A DNA stretch of 64,000 bases from an uncultured Actinomycetes bacterium (lineage in GTDB: Bacteria; Actinomycetota; Thermoleophilia; Gaiellales; JAICJC01), in NCBI GenBank assembly GCA_963727235.1, contig CAVSFZ010000013.1:362-64361 (forward strand), written 5' to 3'. A model generated the notes under the pieces. It saw only the letters and a program-made list of their open reading frames with translations, did not search any database and was not told the origin of the DNA. Shown here one piece after another: positions 18,644-26,708 of this stretch. Made by a program: the position numbers and the translations under genes. The stretch's first letter is position 1; each line of letters starts with the position of its first letter.

Positions 18644-20034
18644 CTCGATTCCTCAGCAGGGGCTGGCTCTCGCTCGGCCTGGGTGAGATCGACATCGACC
18701 TCGGTGATACGCGAACCTTCGACGCCCACGACCTCGAACCGGAGTCCCTGCGACCCGACCGAGTCGCCCACCCGAGGCGCCCGTCCCAGCTCGCCGAAGA
18801 CGAACCCGCCGACCGTGTGGTAGTCCTCGTCCGACATCTCGGTACCGAACCGGTGGTTGAACTGATCGATGGGGAACGACCCGCCGATCCTGACCCGGCC
18901 GCGCCCGATCCGAAGGATGCCGACGTCAGGGAGGTCGAACTCGTCGCCGATCTCACCCACGATCTCCTCCAGCAGATCCTCGAGCGTGGCCAGTCCCGCC
19001 ACCGAGCCGTACTCGTCGACCACGATCGCCATGTGGTTGGAGGTGCGGCGAAACTCGGCCAGCAGCTCGTCCAGGGGCTTGGTCTCGGGCACCAGGATGG
19101 CAGGCCGCAGGATGCTCTGGACATCGGTGCGCTCCAGCCCGCGCTCGTTGATGGCACTGAACAGGTCGCGAACGTGGAGCACGCCGGCGATGTCGTCGAT
19201 GTCCTCCCCGTACACCGGATAGCGCGTGTACGGGTTCTTGAGGACGATCGTGAGCAGATCCGCGATCGGCGTGTCCAGAGGCAGCGCAACCACGTCGGGA
19301 CGCGGCACCATAACGTCCTCCGCGTCCTTGTCGGCGAACTCGAACACCTTGTGCAGCATCTCCTGCTCCTCCTCCTCCAGCACGCCTTTCTGGCGGCTGG
19401 CGGTGACGAGCATCTTCAGCTCCTCCTCGGAATGCACCAGCGAGATGCCGCTGGGAGGCGGCAGCCCGAACCAGCGCAGCACGGCTGAGCTCGACCCCAC
19501 CAGCACCCAGATGAACGGGCGGAAGATCGTGCGGAAGATGGTGATCGGGTGGGCGACGGCCAGTGCCACCCGCTCGCTGTGCTGAAGCGTGAATGACTTG
19601 GGCACGATCTCGCCCATGACCACGTGGAAGTAGGTCAGGATCGTGAACGCCAGGATCACCGAGATGGTGGTGGCAACCCCGGTATGCATGTCCCGGGGGA
19701 GCCAATCGAGCGGTTTCTCCAGCAGTTGCGAGACCACCGGCTCGCCGATTGCACCGAGGGCGAGGCTGGAGAGCGTGACACCCAGCTGGATGGCGGAGAT
19801 GAACCCGGACGGGTTGTCCAGCAGCGCGAGCACGCGCCGCGCCCGCCGAACTCCTTGCGCCTCAAGTTCCTGCAGGCGGGTGCGACGCACCGTCACGAGG
19901 GCATATTCTGCGGCCACAAAGAATGCGTTGGCCGCAACGATCACCACCACAGCCAGAAGCTCGGCGGCGATCAGCATGGACTGGGAACGTCGTCGCTCAA
20001 GCCACGCAAGTATAGATGGGGACCGAGATGGCAC
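18640..20034 (-). CDS. CNNM/DUF21-CBS-CorC family (hemolysin-like) membrane protein
   Basis: 464 aa with an N-terminal 4-TM DUF21, tandem CBS domains, and a C-terminal CorC_HlyC-like domain. Confidence 0.85.
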   Translation of the reverse strand: MPSRSPSILAWLERRRSQSMLIAAELLAVVVIVAANAFFVAAEYALVTVRRTRLQELEAQGVRRARRVLALLDNPSGFISAIQLGVTLSSLALGAIGEPVVSQLLEKPLDWLPRDMHTGVATTISVILAFTILTYFHVVMGEIVPKSFTLQHSERVALAVAHPITIFRTIFRPFIWVLVGSSSAVLRWFGLPPPSGISLVHSEEELKMLVTASRQKGVLEEEEQEMLHKVFEFADKDAEDVMVPRPDVVALPLDTPIADLLTIVLKNPYTRYPVYGEDIDDIAGVLHVRDLFSAINERGLERTDVQSILRPAILVPETKPLDELLAEFRRTSNHMAIVVDEYGSVAGLATLEDLLEEIVGEIGDEFDLPDVGILRIGRGRVRIGGSFPIDQFNHRFGTEMSDEDYHTVGGFVFGELGRAPRVGDSVGSQGLRFEVVGVEGSRITEVDVDLTQAEREPAPAEESS

Positions 20035-20113
20035 CGGCTGCGACTGCGCCGGCCGGCCGGGTTGGGTGCGGAAATCGTCGCCCCAGGGCGGAATTGCTCG
20101 TACCTTTGAGCCA

Positions 20114-20332
20114 GTGCCTACAAATCGGATAGTCCCCTCTGATGCAGTGCCGATTCAGTGCGCGGCGCCGGAGTGCCACACGGTTCTCAGCCGCTACCGC
20201 CCACCGGGAGAGACGCTGTGCTGCGCATGTCGCCGCCGGCGGCCTGACTGGCCATGGGCGCGAGCCCGCAGATCATCCCCGGCCGTACGCCTGAATCCGC
20301 CGCAGCAGGACGATCATCGTCCGGCGGGCTGA
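20114..20332 (+). CDS. candidate small Cys-rich (zinc-ribbon-like) protein
   Basis: C-terminal part of track ORF 19643..20332; only GTG starts are available (20114 or 20147). Sequence ...VPIQCAAPECHTVLSRYRPPGETLCCACRRRRP... gives CX4C-X14-CCXC. Third codon positions are G/C-biased. No SD sequence is seen. Confidence 0.3.
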   Translation: MPTNRIVPSDAVPIQCAAPECHTVLSRYRPPGETLCCACRRRRPDWPWARARRSSPAVRLNPPQQDDHRPAG

Positions 20333-20350
20333 CGTCGGAGTGCAGGCTCC

Positions 20351-20674
20351 TCAAGCCTCAGAGACGTGGGTGATTTCAAACGCGACGGAGAGCGCGCGGC
20401 TGAGTTTCTCGAGGGATTCGGGACCAAGGTCGCCGCGCCGGCGGCGGAGCGAGTGTTTTGGGATGGTCGCGAGATTGTCACAATTCGCAACGCGATCACC
20501 TTCGAGTCCCTCCTCCCGGCCCAGGGGCACCTCGGACGGAATACCTCGAACGGTGTTGGTCACGGGCGCGACCGTAACTCGGGTGAGCAGGGGAATGACC
20601 ACGTCGCGCGTGACAATCACCACCGGGCGGCGCCCACCGGCGATGTCGGCATCCCAAACGTCGCCGCGATTCAC
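20351..20674 (-). CDS. mazF: MazF/PemK-family type II toxin (endoribonuclease)
   Basis: 107 aa. N-terminal RGDVWDADIAGGRRPVVIVTRD and VAPVTNTVRGIPSEVPL match the PemK fold pattern. The GTG start abuts the antitoxin stop. Confidence 0.8.
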   Translation of the reverse strand: MNRGDVWDADIAGGRRPVVIVTRDVVIPLLTRVTVAPVTNTVRGIPSEVPLGREEGLEGDRVANCDNLATIPKHSLRRRRGDLGPESLEKLSRALSVAFEITHVSEA

Positions 20675-20911
20675 CTAGTCAGGCTCCGACAGCGATTCGA
20701 GCCCCACATCGCCAACCCAGGCGAGATCATCATCTCCCTGCGGGTGGGCCGTGTATCCCCGGGCATACTGACCGGCGATCGACTCGGCATGGAACGACCG
20801 CGACACCTGCGCAAGCGCTGCTCGAATCGCCTCTGATTTCGTCTCAAAGTGGCCTGCTCGCATGATGTAGCTAAGTTCGTTCGCCTCGGACTCAGAGAGC
20901 CGCAGAGTCAC
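20675..20911 (-). CDS. ribbon-helix-helix antitoxin
   Basis: 78 aa. An N-terminal beta-strand (TLRLSESE) and SKSEAIRAAL-type helix are typical of RHH/CopG. It sits directly upstream of mazF. Confidence 0.65.
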   Translation of the reverse strand: MTLRLSESEANELSYIMRAGHFETKSEAIRAALAQVSRSFHAESIAGQYARGYTAHPQGDDDLAWVGDVGLESLSEPD

Positions 20912-21339
20912 TACCTGACCGCTCTGGCTGTGGTCAACTGAGCGACTCCCAATTGCAGCTATCCTGAGGTGTTCAGGGAACGCACGGCGCCTCGTTCAGC
21001 GACGAAGAGGGCAGCCCGCAGACTCTCCACGACGATCATGGATCGTCTCGATCGGAGGTCAGATGCAAACCGACCGCCCCCACGACCGCCCGACGAAGCC
21101 GCCTGGCCGAGAACAACCCACTCCTTCGACCCTCGTAGTGGTGACTCGAAAAGCCGCAGACGCAGCGGCCAAGCGCACAAAGCCCACCTCCACCTCGCGG
21201 CCGGCGTCATGAGGGGCGTCGACCACGGCGGCCTGCCGCCGATCGTCTCGCGGAAATACGGAGCGGGACGGCGGGTTGCGGCGGCAAACGCAAAATCAGC
21301 GACCCATCCACCGGCCGACCACACCAGGAGGCACGTGGG

Positions 21340-21471
21340 ATGACCTTCGCGGGCTCTTCGCGGATCTCTCTCGGAGCCCACTGGATGACCGACGTGCTCG
21401 CCAGCTATGCGATCGGCGGATGCTGCTTCTGGCCGGAGGACCACGACGGCGCCTCGGTGTTTTGGGGTTAG
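21340..21471 (+). pseudogene. C-terminal fragment of a PAP2-family phosphatase
   Basis: 43-codon ORF MTFAGSSRISLGAHWMTDVLASYAIGG... carrying PAP2 motif C3 (SRxxxxxHxxxD). No intact N-terminal motifs are found upstream in frame. Confidence 0.4.
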
Positions 21472-22160
21472 TGGATCTGGGTTGCGAACACGCCGACGGC
21501 GTCGATCGCGAACATGGCGGCGAGGGCGAGGAGCGCGTACACGGCTATCTCTGGCTGGCGACGGGCCACTTCTCTTTGAGCACGCTTCATGAGGGCGACC
21601 GCACGCTCGCCGAGCAAGACGAACAGGATTACCGGCCCCCAGACAAGTGCCGTGGCAACCGTGACGTACACCACCACGAGCGCTGCCTCACCCGAGGTGC
21701 GAAGGCCAGCGGTGCTGATCGCCGTCGCAGCAAGCGCCGCGAGCACAAGCCGCTTCGGGGCAAACAGACCAAGCGTCAGGCCTGCGCCAAGCGCGGTCAG
21801 CAGGTGCAGACGACTGAGCCGCTCAAGCAACCGACGAGTGCGATCGCTTGAAACCTCACCCTTGGTCGGGGGTCTTCGGCGAATCCGTGCCGCAAACCAG
21901 ACCAAGGCCACGGCGACGGCGACCTCGAGCACCACCTGGATGCCTGGATGATGCTTCCTGCGCGAACCACTGGCAGCAACGTCGATTGCGAGGAGCAGCG
22001 AGCACGTCAATAGCTGAGCTACCACGAACCCAGTGCCAAAGGCGAGTGCCTTGGGCCGCCCCGCATGCATCACGGCGATCGTCGCTGCAAACGCCAATGG
22101 GCTCAGCCCTGCAAGAACCGCATACAAGAGCACCTGAAGCGCGGTTTGAAGCATCCACAT
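21468..22160 (-). CDS. polytopic membrane protein (GAP/DUF2910-like)
   Basis: 230 aa with about 6 TM helices. The N-terminus LLYAVLAGLSPLAFAATIAVM resembles the GAP family; this is a weak call. Confidence 0.45.
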   Translation of the reverse strand: MWMLQTALQVLLYAVLAGLSPLAFAATIAVMHAGRPKALAFGTGFVVAQLLTCSLLLAIDVAASGSRRKHHPGIQVVLEVAVAVALVWFAARIRRRPPTKGEVSSDRTRRLLERLSRLHLLTALGAGLTLGLFAPKRLVLAALAATAISTAGLRTSGEAALVVVYVTVATALVWGPVILFVLLGERAVALMKRAQREVARRQPEIAVYALLALAAMFAIDAVGVFATQIH

Positions 22161-22498
22161 GATGCTACGCCACCACGACTACCACAGCCTCGGGGCACGC
22201 GATTGCCACCGCCCCGCCACGGTGTGCGGGCACCACGACCCCTCATCGTGACCCACCGTGCCCAGCCCTGACCAGCGACCAAGCCGAGACCGGCTATCAC
22301 CAGTAGCGCGCCCCAGATCATCAGCGCCCAACCCCACGCCGTCAGATTAACGACCAAAAATCCCGACCCACGCGGGCCTCGTCGATGAGGTTCCCACCGT
22401 GCGTCGACCAGCGGGATTGGAGCTACAGTGATCCAGCACTGGGTGCAGGCACACTCGGACACACACATGCACCCGAGGAGACAAGAGGGGGAGCGGAT

Positions 22499-23065
22499 AT
22501 GGCGATTGGACCGGTGCAGCTACTGGTGTTGGGGTTTGATCACCCTGACTTTCATGGCGAGGTGATCGTCGAGTTGGAGCGGTTGAAGGAGAGCGACACG
22601 GTGCGGGTGATCGATTCGTTAGCGGTGTATAAGGACGCTGCTGGTGAGATCGAGGTGATGCACCTGAGTAATCTCTCCAGGGACGAGGCGATCGAGTTGG
22701 GCAGCAAGGTGGGCGCGCTGATCGGCCTTGGGATCGATGGCGAGGAGGGCGCCGAGGCCGGCGCACTCGCCGGGGCCGAGGCGGCCGCCGAGGACGGGAT
22801 CAACGTTTTCACCGACGACGAGGCGTGGGATGTGATCGCGGATATCCCCAACGACTCGGCTGCGGCGTTGATCTTGATCGAGCATCACTGGGCGGTGGGG
22901 CTTCGCGACGCGATTGCCCGTGCCGGCGGGTTCCGCATCTCAGACGGGTTCATCAGCCCGTTGGACCTGGTCGAGATCGGACTGGTGAACGCGGAGGAGG
23001 CAAAGCAGCTTCATGCCCTGGAGAAGGGTAGGGAGTCGGCGTCGACAGGAGGAGGATCGAAATGA
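22499..23065 (+). CDS. DUF6325-like protein (two related halves joined by a Gly/Ala/Glu-rich linker)
   Basis: Start trimmed to ATG 22499 after GAGGGGGAG. Sequence MAIGPVQLLVLGFDHPDFHGEVIVELERL...GALIGLGIDGEEGAEAGA...AALILIEHHWAVGLRDAI. Confidence 0.55.
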   Translation: MAIGPVQLLVLGFDHPDFHGEVIVELERLKESDTVRVIDSLAVYKDAAGEIEVMHLSNLSRDEAIELGSKVGALIGLGIDGEEGAEAGALAGAEAAAEDGINVFTDDEAWDVIADIPNDSAAALILIEHHWAVGLRDAIARAGGFRISDGFISPLDLVEIGLVNAEEAKQLHALEKGRESASTGGGSK

Positions 23066-23121
23066 TGGGATCTCGCAGAGTCGCGCGACGAACAGCTCGT
23101 CGCGTCGGTCGTCGACGCTGA
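23062..23121 (+). CDS. candidate 19-aa arginine-rich micro-ORF
   Basis: MMGSRRVARRTARRVGRRR. Its ATG overlaps the upstream TGA (ATGA), and GGAGGAGGA lies 5 nt upstream. Too short to score statistically. Confidence 0.25.
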   Translation: MMGSRRVARRTARRVGRRR

Positions 23122-23211
23122 GAAACACCCTGAGGGCACAACGCTTGGCCGATACCCTCGGCCACCGCGCCGGTCTCGCCGGCGGACCCAACCGAACGAC
23201 AGGAGGTACAC

Positions 23212-23718
23212 GTGGCGGATCTGATTGCTATCGGATATGACGACGAGACCACCGCGATCGACGCGATGGGCGAGGCGCAACGGTTACAGCAAGACCTGGT
23301 GATCCAAGCCGACGCGGTCGCAGCGATCGTGCGCGACGCCGACGGCAGCTACCACACCCACACCACCCAGTCGCCGTCCACCGGGCAGGGTGCGACCTGG
23401 GGAATGTTCTGGGGGCTCCTGTTCGGCCTGCTGTTCTTCATCCCAGTGTTTGGGATGGCCGTCGGCGCCGGCTTCGGCGCCCTGTTCGGGCACATGGGCA
23501 AAAAGGCGATCGACAAGCAATTCCAAGACCAGGTCAGGGAGATGCTCAAGCCCGGCACCAGCTGCTTATTCATGATCGTTGAGAAGGTCACTCCTGACAA
23601 GGCCGTCGCTGCGCTTAGCAAGTACGGCGGCACCGTCCTCAAGACGTCGCTGTCGGAAGAGGACACCAAGAAACTCCAAGAGGAACTGCACGGATCCGCC
23701 GCAGCTGCCTCGGTCTGA
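23212..23718 (+). CDS. DUF1269-domain membrane protein
   Basis: 168 aa. MADLIAIGYDDE..., a glycine-zipper TM (FGMAVGAGFGALFG), and the C-terminal LKPGTSCLFMIVEKVTPDKAV..YGGTVLKTSLS are typical of DUF1269. Confidence 0.85.
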   Translation: MADLIAIGYDDETTAIDAMGEAQRLQQDLVIQADAVAAIVRDADGSYHTHTTQSPSTGQGATWGMFWGLLFGLLFFIPVFGMAVGAGFGALFGHMGKKAIDKQFQDQVREMLKPGTSCLFMIVEKVTPDKAVAALSKYGGTVLKTSLSEEDTKKLQEELHGSAAAASV

Positions 23719-23805
23719 ACCACGGCTCGTCTGGTGTCGACTCAGGTCGGCACCAGACGGCGGGTCCGGCTCATGGTGTCACAGTCATGACCCGATACGT
23801 GAACC

Positions 23806-24309
23806 ATGGCGGACCAGCGAGCGAATATCAGCGGCCACGCATCCATTGCCGCCAGCGTGATCGTCGCCTACTGGCTGGCGGACGGCTACGTGATCGGCCT
23901 GCCGGTAGCGGCGTTGGCAGCGACATGGAACCCGCTCATCGTGTTCCTTGGGGCGCTGACCATCGTCATATCGATCAACCTGGCCGCGTGCCGCTGGATC
24001 AACACGGCGTGGAGCAGTTGGGCGAACGGCAGCAGCGGCGCCCGGATCGAACGGCAACTGGACAAAGTGCGACCGACGCGAGCCGGTCGGGCAGCGACAC
24101 GGTGGATCTCCAGCGACTCGAACGTGCGGTTCGCGGCCGCGGCGGCGCTCACCTGCGCAATCGTAGCGGTCACGCTCGGGCGGTCGGTTGGCGGCGGGCC
24201 CCTGGGTGAACATCGCGTCCGCCTGGCGGCGGTGAGCTACGCCCTCTTCTCGGTCGGCCTGTTCACCTTGTTCGGTGTGGTCGCCGGCGAGGCGCTCAGC
24301 ACTCTCTAG
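23806..24309 (+). CDS. small membrane protein, unknown function
   Basis: 167 aa with 4 hydrophobic segments. No motif recognised. Confidence 0.4.
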   Translation: MADQRANISGHASIAASVIVAYWLADGYVIGLPVAALAATWNPLIVFLGALTIVISINLAACRWINTAWSSWANGSSGARIERQLDKVRPTRAGRAATRWISSDSNVRFAAAAALTCAIVAVTLGRSVGGGPLGEHRVRLAAVSYALFSVGLFTLFGVVAGEALSTL

Positions 24310-24646
24310 TCGACACGACTTCGACATCCACAAGGCTCGCGGGAGGCCCGGACAACGTCAGCCGTCTCGCAGGTGTGTGGTCAATCCAGCCAGTGCAGAC
24401 CGGGTGCACACAGTTGCCGCGTTATCGGCAGCGGCGACACGGGCGGCAGAACACGTTTTGGCTTGAAAAAGGCTAAAGGCGCAAGGTTGCGCTGTCGATG
24501 CCAAACCGTCCCCTTACCGCAGGGGAAATCGGGAAAGTGCCGAATCCCGAAGCCAGGTTGGTCGCACCAAAATGTTGGTTGGGGCTAACGACCGCACGAG
24601 GTTCTGCCGATACCACTTGACTGTGGCAAGCCTTGCGACGAGTGGA

Positions 24647-25273
24647 GTGCATGTGGGCGATTCCATAAGCTGTCTGATTGTTGATGATCACGAGGTCGTT
24701 CGTGAGGGATTGCGCCTGGCGCTTTCCCGAGCAGAGAACATCCGCGTGGTGGGTGAAGCTGCGGACGGAAACGCCGCAGTTGCATTGGCCCGCCGGCGGA
24801 GGCCCAACGTGGTCATCCTGGACGTGCGCATGCCCGGCGCGGACGGACTGCAAGCAGCTCGCGAAATCACCACGGAGGTGCCGGAGACGGCGGTATTGAT
24901 GTTCACCGCCTACGGCGAACGCAGCCTTCTCACTCGTGGCCTGGAAGCCGGCGCCAAGGGGTACATCCTGAAGGAGGCTCCCCAGCAGACGCTGGTGCGG
25001 GCGATCCAGAAGGTGGCCGGCGGGGATGGCTATGTCGATCCGGCACTGATGCCCGCGTTCCTGTCGAAGGATCGCGAGAACATGCTGACGGCACGCGAGC
25101 GCGAGATCCTGCAGCTTCTGGCTGACGGGATGTCCAACGCGGACGTGGCCGGCAAGCTCTTCATCAGTCAAGAGACCGTCAAGAGCCATGTGCGGCACAT
25201 TCTCTCCAAGCTGGAGGCTGACACCCGCACGCATGCTGTCGCCATCGCCCTCAGACAGGCAATCATCGACTGA
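24647..25273 (+). CDS. NarL/FixJ-family response regulator
   Basis: Receiver domain (LIVDDHEVVREGL...DVRMPG) plus a LuxR-type HTH (LTAREREILQLLADGMSNADVAGKLFISQETVKSHV). Start set at GTG 24647/24653; the upstream part of the track ORF is non-homologous. Confidence 0.85.
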   Translation: MHVGDSISCLIVDDHEVVREGLRLALSRAENIRVVGEAADGNAAVALARRRRPNVVILDVRMPGADGLQAAREITTEVPETAVLMFTAYGERSLLTRGLEAGAKGYILKEAPQQTLVRAIQKVAGGDGYVDPALMPAFLSKDRENMLTAREREILQLLADGMSNADVAGKLFISQETVKSHVRHILSKLEADTRTHAVAIALRQAIID

Positions 25274-26708
25274 CTCCCCTCAGGGGCTCACGTCGATCGC
25301 ACAGATAGCAGCGCTGGCAGCGCTCACAGTAGGCCTGACGACGATCGTCTTCTTCGTCGCCGAGTTCTTCGTCGATGACACCCTCGCCCCGTTGTTCGCA
25401 GGGCTGGTGGTGATTGCCGTGCTCGGCGTTGCCGCTGTCCGCGCCGTGCGTCGCGACACGCTGAGGCTGCGCGCCTCCGAGCAGTGGGGCCGCAAGCTCC
25501 GCGGTGAGCTGGTGTCTCAGGCCGCGTTCTTGGACGCCCTGGTGGAAAGCCTGGGCGCGGTCTCGAGCCTGGACGCATCGCGCGTTTTGGAGCGCACCGC
25601 TGAGCAGGCCCACGCCCTGTTCGCGCCCGAGGCGGTGGTGATGCTGACCCTCGATGCCGACGGCACCCGACTTCGCCCCGCCGCGGCCAGAGGGGTGGCT
25701 CTGGGTCCGATGTCAGAGCTCACCATCCACTTGGACGATGCCGAATCACTGGTTGCAGAGGCTGCCCGCAGCCGCGCGCTCGCAGCCGGGCCGGGCGACG
25801 GCCAGAGCGATGCGCTCAGTCGTCATCTCAGGCCGACCTCAATCGTGGCCGCCCCGCTGGTTGCCATGGGTGAGTTGCAATCCGTATTGGTGCTGGCCCG
25901 CACCACCGACGGCGCGGCATTCGGGCCGGCCGATGTCACCCGGGTGGCGGTGTTTGCCGACTTCGCCGCCAGAGCCGCCGAGAACGCGCTGCTGTTCGAA
26001 CGCGTCGAGGCGCTGCTGGGTCAGGCGCACATCCGTGAATCGGAGCGCGCCGAGCTGTCCCGTCGGCTGGTGTACGCCGAGCAGGACGAACGTCGCAAGC
26101 TCTCACTGCACCTGCACGACGGACCTCTGCAGACACTTTCCGGAGTTGCCATGATGCTCGATGCCGTGGCCGAGGATCTCTCCGGCGTGACCGAGTCGGA
26201 GCCCACCGTGCGGATCCTGGAGACGGCCCGCACCCGCCAGCGCACGGTGATCCGCACGCTGCGTGAGCTGTGCTTTGCGCTCGAGCCGTGGGTGCTGCGC
26301 GACCAGGGCTTCGTGACCGCCATGGAGGCGCTGGCAGACGAGTTCCAAAGCAGCCACATGGTCGAGATCGCACTCGACATCGAGCCCGCCGACGGGCTCA
26401 GTCCCGACGACCAGGTGTGCCTGTACCAGATCGTTCGCGAGGCGGTCACCAACGCCGTCAAGCACGCCCGGCCGACGCGAGTCGAGGTGGGCGTGGCGGG
26501 ATCGCCCACGGCCGGCTACACGGTGCGGATCGCCGACGACGGCTCGGGATTCACCGACGGGCCCGACGATGGACTGCCCCACCACGGCCTGGCCTCGATG
26601 CGCGAGCGGGCCTCGATCTTGGCGGGACAGCTGCTGATCGATTCAACCCCCGGAGCGGGAACCACCGTAACCATCACCATGCCTGCCGAGGCCAGCGATG
26701 CTGCGTAG
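25233..26708 (+). CDS. sensor histidine kinase (2 TM, GAF-like, HisKA_3, HATPase_c)
   Basis: H-box ERRKLSLHLHDGPLQ and N/G boxes (REAVTNAVKHA, DDGSGF). The start is uncertain (ATG 25188 or 25233); both overlap the response regulator gene. Confidence 0.8.
   Translation: MLSPSPSDRQSSTDSPQGLTSIAQIAALAALTVGLTTIVFFVAEFFVDDTLAPLFAGLVVIAVLGVAAVRAVRRDTLRLRASEQWGRKLRGELVSQAAFLDALVESLGAVSSLDASRVLERTAEQAHALFAPEAVVMLTLDADGTRLRPAAARGVALGPMSELTIHLDDAESLVAEAARSRALAAGPGDGQSDALSRHLRPTSIVAAPLVAMGELQSVLVLARTTDGAAFGPADVTRVAVFADFAARAAENALLFERVEALLGQAHIRESERAELSRRLVYAEQDERRKLSLHLHDGPLQTLSGVAMMLDAVAEDLSGVTESEPTVRILETARTRQRTVIRTLRELCFALEPWVLRDQGFVTAMEALADEFQSSHMVEIALDIEPADGLSPDDQVCLYQIVREAVTNAVKHARPTRVEVGVAGSPTAGYTVRIADDGSGFTDGPDDGLPHHGLASMRERASILAGQLLIDSTPGAGTTVTITMPAEASDAA

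Noticed and set aside
20959-21444. 161-aa minus ORF in the gap after the antitoxin gene
   Set aside because: No motif, an Arg/Ala/Gly-rich composition, and it overlaps the PAP2 fragment on the other strand. There is no support beyond length.
22103-22468. 121-aa minus ORF with one segment resembling a conserved actinobacterial membrane-protein motif (WGWALMIWGALLVIAGLGLVAGQGWARW)
   Set aside because: Only about 35 residues look protein-like, and the flanks are Cys/Arg/Gly-rich nonsense. At best it is a gene remnant, so I mention it in the decay finding rather than calling a gene.
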